DNA from: Perkinsela sp. CCAP 1560/9
Lineage: Eukaryota > Protista > Euglenozoa: Kinetoplastea
DNA length: 64,000 nt
Reading direction: 5' to 3'
Assembly (NCBI GenBank): GCA_965644495.1
Contig: CBFFSA010000009.1
Coordinates: 124,001-188,000 of the forward strand
The notes beneath the pieces were generated by a model that saw nothing but the letters and a program-made list of their open reading frames with translations, was not told the DNA's origin and did no database searches. Position 1 is the stretch's first letter. Each line of letters begins with the position of its first letter. Of the stretch, positions 59,501 through 64,000 are shown piece by piece. The position numbers and the translations under genes were made by a program.

Positions 59501-62431
59501 CACGTTCTCAAGTGCCTAGAGCGTTGGCAAGCGCGCGAGTACGCTTCCCTATGGTATGATGCAATTTCCTCCTTCAATAACAAGCAACATAGTTCTCCGA
59601 AAACCCCTCACAACGACGAGAAGCGAGCAGCCATTCGTACAGAGCTCCTCGCACGACAAGGCGAATTTTCTCGGGGTATGGCAGCCCTTACGGCCTCTCC
59701 GATGGCGCCCGAAAGCCCAGAAACCCTCTCAAAACTTCGAAATAAACACCCTTGTCGGCTGCCCTGCCCCGCCTTTTTGACAGAATTCCTCGCCACCGAA
59801 CCACCCCCAACAAAGTGCCCGCCATTGCAGCTCACGGAACAAGAAACTTCTGCCGCAGTCAAAAGCTTCCACAGAGGCTCCTCGGGAGGCACGATGGGGT
59901 TGTGCCCAGAACACATACAGGAGGCATTCTACGCGAACGTCGACTCGAATGTCAACCCACTCACGGCCCTCGCAAAGTTAGTCAACCATCTCTTGGCGGG
60001 GAAAGCTCCGCTCGAATCCCAAAACCATTTCGCAGGCGCCCGCCTCTGCGCCTTGCAGAAAGGAGAGCAAGACGTCCGCCCGATTGCTGTCGGTGAAACT
60101 CTTCGTCGCCTAGCGAGCAAAGGAGCATGTGCAGCACTCAAACTGCGAGCGCAAGCCATCTTTTGCGGAACACAATACGGCTTCGCGGTTCCTGCAGGGT
60201 CGGAACGGATGATACACCGTTGCTGACAGACGTTCTCCGCCCACATTGACGACCCAGACTTCGTCTTCTGTAAAGTCGATCTGGCCAACGCGTTTAACAA
60301 CGTTTCTCGATCCGTTCTCATTTCCCTGACACGCGAAAATTTCCCAGAATTATCGGACTGGATTTCGTGGTGTTATGAGACAGACAGCTCACTCACCTAC
60401 GGCCCACACCCCGTTCTCTCAGCAGAAGGCGTACAGCAAGGGGGCCCGCTCGGACATCTGCTCTTCTCTCTCGTTCTTCACTTAATTACGGAAAAAATCG
60501 TTTCAGAACTCCCAGAGGACACTTTCTTTCAGTTCTGGTACCTTGATGACGGGGACTTAGCGGGTAGCCAGGCATCAGTCCGGAAGGCCCTTGGCAGTCC
60601 CCTCTAGCGAGGGGACACAACTTGGTCTTCTCCTTACCAAACAAAAATGTGAGGTAGCCCTCCACCCCGCCTCAGCGCACAACGCTGCTCTTTTCGCAGA
60701 CATTCCCCCAGACAAGATAAACATTAATGGTAATTTTGATCTATTAGGAAGCCCGATTGGTTCGGCAAATCACTGCAGCGCTTTTCAGGACACGAATGCG
60801 TTACTCCCCGCGATATCTACAATGCGGGCAATAAAGAGAATCGAAGACCCGCAAGTCGCGTTGACACTAATCTGACAATGCTCTGGTTTCTGTCAACTCG
60901 TATTCGCCATGCGCACTACCCCTCCTCAGGTAATCTTAGAACTCTCTAAAACGCTAGGCCTAGAAGCAGTCCCAGAGCAGAGGGCCATCAATTCGCTTAC
61001 CCCCTCGTCACGCATGCAGGCTCAGCGCAGCAAAAAGTACGGCGGCCTCGGTCTGCTATCCTCCTTCATGCACGCTGCCGCAGCGTACGTGTCATCCGTA
61101 GCTTTTGCAGCATCGTGCGACGAGTGGAACGCGGCGCATGCTGCAGGCTTTTCCGAGGCGGCACGCCATGTAAACGAGCTCTCTGGTACCCTCTTCATTG
61201 ACGAATTGTCAGGGCGGTATCAGTATACCCCGGAAACTTTTTCTATCTCCAAAGGCTCCTCCTCTCACCCGTCCAGTTGCCCTACAGTGACGCTCCCACC
61301 ACGCCCACTAACAGATCCCGTCCCGCTTCCCAGCCCAAAACCCGAGAACATGCCGGAAGAAAAGCCCCCGACAGCGAGGCAGCAAGCACTCTCCCGAGCA
61401 ATCTTAGCTCGGGAATACAAGGTGGCGTACCTCTCTGCCGACCCCCATACACGCGCCAGATGGCTCTCCGAAACGGGTGAGGGGGTTGGTCGTACCTTCA
61501 AAGGGGAGGGGTTATGCCTTCACGTCGACCGAGTTTCGCGCTCTCACCCGTTGGTGGCTGGGAGCTGACGTCTACGTGGAATCTCGACCCTGTCCTATGA
61601 CCAAGTGTGCGCAGCCTCTCGGGCGCGAGGGGAACCATGCCCTGGTGTGTAAAAGTGCGGCCTTGCCCAGCTGACTGGTGCACCCTTCCCTTTCTCAAGA
61701 ATGGGGAGCACGCTTTTCTCTGCAAGAACGGCCATGGTATCATCTCACGGCACAACGCTCTGGCCCAACAATTTATATCGTTCTGCAGCAGAGCCTTCCT
61801 GGCGCCACAGAGAGAGAAGAGTTTGGGAAATCGGGGTCCTGGGGGGGCTCTCACGAGACCAGCAGACGTATTTCTGCCAACTGCCTCCATCGCCAAAGGA
61901 TCTTTAGCGCAAGGCATGGTCCTCGATTTTGCGGTCACTCGCGCACAGCAAACAAAGTATTTGGACTCAGTCCACAATGCTAGCTGGGTGACCCCGGGGT
62001 CTTTTGCTGAGCACTTCGCGGAGACCAAGGCGCGACAGCGACAAGAAGCAGAAAAAGCAGGACACCTCTTCACAGCGATGGTGGTGGAATCCTTTGGTTC
62101 CTGGAGCGAGAGTGCGCTAGCGTTACTCCGGGACATCGGAACCCAACGGGCGAATGCGTCCAAAGGGATCCTTTCACGAGACCAAGCGCGAAACGATCTC
62201 CTAACGGATCTGAACGTGACGCTAATGCGTTCTCAAGTCAGGATGATGGTTTCGCGCATCCGCGTAGAGGACCCAGCGGATCCTTTGGTAGAGGCTTAAG
62301 CCTCTACTGAAAGCCCAGTTTCAGCACGAAGACGCCATAATATCCAGGACGGGTGCTGGTCGGGTCGAAAGAGTCTATGCTCCCGCCTAGCTCGCGAGGG
62401 CTAGGTACCCCAAGTGAACCAACCAACCAAC
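56589..62431 (+). mobile_element. Complete but degenerate copy of element A with a chimeric 3' end and (AACC)n tail
   Basis: Past 60796 the RT continues (IEDPQVALTLI, YGGLGL, EFRALTRWWLG), then two CCHC knuckles, the RLE and tail AACCAACCAACCAAC. Confidence 0.9.
61658..62299 (+). CDS. CCHC knuckle plus restriction-like endonuclease (RLE) of a CRE element, open frame
   Basis: CPADWC...HAFLC...SRHNAL...QRE...RPADVFLP...LDFAVT...K...MVVESFGSW. Confidence 0.88.
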   Translation, partial: RPCPADWCTLPFLKNGEHAFLCKNGHGIISRHNALAQQFISFCSRAFLAPQREKSLGNRGPGGALTRPADVFLPTASIAKGSLAQGMVLDFAVTRAQQTKYLDSVHNASWVTPGSFAEHFAETKARQRQEAEKAGHLFTAMVVESFGSWSESALALLRDIGTQRANASKGILSRDQARNDLLTDLNVTLMRSQVRMMVSRIRVEDPADPLVEA

Positions 62432-63199
62432 ACTGAGATGTTAGCCCAGTTAAAGGTTTCAAAAATTTCCCCTAAATATTTCCACCTTCAAAATATCAAC
62501 ACAGAACACACTTACAGAAAATTTTTCAAAAACAAACAGACTTTCAATTTCAAGCCTCCTAATCAATCGATCTCTAAGAACCATTAGTACTTATCTTTTG
62601 AACACTATAAGACAAATCACCGTCGCAATCACGTCAGCGAACGTAATTCTTTAATTCACCAAATCTGATGGTAATGAACTTAAATATAACAGAAGCATAG
62701 GCTCCAATAGCATCTCTCAAATCGGAAAGTTAATGTCATAAGGCTAATTCTCCCGCTTATTTCCATGCTTTTTTACATCAATTATACTCTTGTCTTTCCC
62801 TTTAGCTGTAAAACAAGGTTTTTTCTTTGATGTCCTTTTCACTCGCTTTTGTGACTCCTTTTCATTTTCTGGTTCACTCTTTGTCTGGGATGATGATAAG
62901 TCCAAACTTGTATCTTTTAGACGCTTCATTTGAGGTTTATTTCGTTTCACCTCAATGCTTACGTTCGAATTGGTTATCTGTGGGGGGCTGGAAATTAAGT
63001 TGATACCCTTTGTCTTCTTATGTAAAGAAGCTTTGCGTATGGGAGATTTCGTCCTCTTTTGATTTATTCGAATGCTCCGTTCGGGTTGTTTCGTTGAACG
63101 TGAATCGTTTGAGTTTTCCGACAAAGGGGGCCCCGTAGATACAGGTACTGCTCTTTGGTTTGTGCCTTTTCTAGTCCTCTGAGTTTTAAGACATCTTGA

Positions 63200-64000
63200 G
63201 GTATTATTTTGCTCTGATTTCCTCTTTGCATTGCCGTGCAATATATCCCCGTAGTATTTTATAGCTAGTTCATTTCCTTCCAGCTTGCACGCCTTTTTGG
63301 CTAAATAATCTGCGGTATCGTTGTACATACATTTTCATACATTGCTGTATCGTTGGGCATACATTTTCATTGTGTGATTTGACCTTGATACAGTAGAATT
63401 TTTTAGTATGTTTTGTACTGTAGTAAGCGTTTTGAAGGGATCGCATTGCTTCGCACCCTTTGAATGAGCGGAACCCAATGAGCCGATACCGATGCACAGT
63501 TTCGTGGAAGAAATCCCATACGTACTCTGAATCCGTGTGTTGAACGAGTGTTTTGAAAATTTGAAATTTGCAATGAGAGGAGATAGAGGACTTCCATATG
63601 GCGCGAAGCTTGTGCATTACACCCCATTCTAGTCGCAGTCTTTCCTTGGGGGACGTACAGGTATCCTCGGTGTTCTGTGTGCCGCCAAGATATCTGTACT
63701 TTTGTACTCTAGGAATTTCCCCTAATCCGTCTATTTCTAGGGCGGTATTATCATCCTTCACCTTTCCAAGTGTCATCCAAGCCGTTTTCTGTGGACCAAC
63801 ATTGATTTTAAGGTTTGCCTTTTCTGCTGAAGCACATAAATTGGTAAGCATGATTTTTAATTCAGGTTTCGTTGAAGCAAACAATACAATATCATCCGCG
63901 TAATCAATGTCAGAAATTCTCAGTTCTTTGAGTCCTCGACTTTTTGTCCCGGATGTGTGCGTTACCAGCCCGAGCTTGTTCATGTCAATCGCCTCTACCA
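63200..64000 (-). pseudogene. LINE relic with RT and C-terminal RNase H (ingi/I/RTE-like), internally deleted, cut by the window edge
   Basis: DIDYADDIVLF, LKINVGPQKT, KYRYLG; then HTDSEYV, KVKSH and NDTADYLAK (RNase H motifs). Confidence 0.85.

Larger units (their letters stand above)
33609..60796 (+). repeat. Tandem array of five 5438-bp units (starts 33609, 39047, 44485, 49923, 55361)
   Basis: ORFs recur at exactly +5438 (34921, 40359, 45797, 51235, 56673); identical junction ...GGACACGAA-A-GGAAGAGAGAGATACC four times; few SNPs; 1-bp deletion near 57823 in unit 5. Confidence 0.98.

Noticed and set aside
33609-60796. Five independent retrotransposition events, or CRISPR-like repeats
   Set aside because: Junctions fall inside the RT, lesions are shared, and there are no per-copy TSDs. 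No repeat-spacer pattern or cas genes occur in the window.
62440-63200. Terminal LINE as the SINE's partner
   Set aside because: The SINE tail (TCCGGA-GCAA-TCCGGA plus GGATTT repeats) is not found at this LINE's 3' side.

Overview
This is eukaryotic, apparently intron-less, transposon-dense DNA. A degenerate spliced-leader (SL) mini-exon suggests a euglenozoan host (kinetoplastid or diplonemid; inference). Bases 1-32 kb hold a dispersed family of short LRR genes: three intact, two broken and two partial copies. They sit among Tc1-like elements (three with DD32E spacing, one DD35E), many TA-flanked MITEs, two hAT relics, a Merlin-like fragment, tyrosine-recombinase-retrotransposon RNase H relics and CRE fragments. 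Bases 32.3-33.3 kb are a nested cluster of a tRNA-headed SINE. Bases 33609-60796 are five head-to-tail copies of a 5438-bp unit made by DNA-level amplification. Each unit contains the 3' end of one CRE-clade (RLE) non-LTR retrotransposon, an A-run, an SL-like 35-mer, and the 5' part of a second CRE element; the last copy continues to the endonuclease and an (AACC)n tail at about 62431. That second element is the best candidate for a new system. It has an SL exon at its 5' end and a reconstructed polyprotein of Zn fingers, two ubiquitin-like domains (the second ending LRGG), two tandem 2A/StopGo-like motifs, a Zn finger, RT, a CCHC knuckle and an RLE nuclease. All copies here are dead (stops, frameshifts, a SINE insertion). 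An RT/RNase H LINE relic ends the window. All calls are by eye from motifs; no database searches were run.
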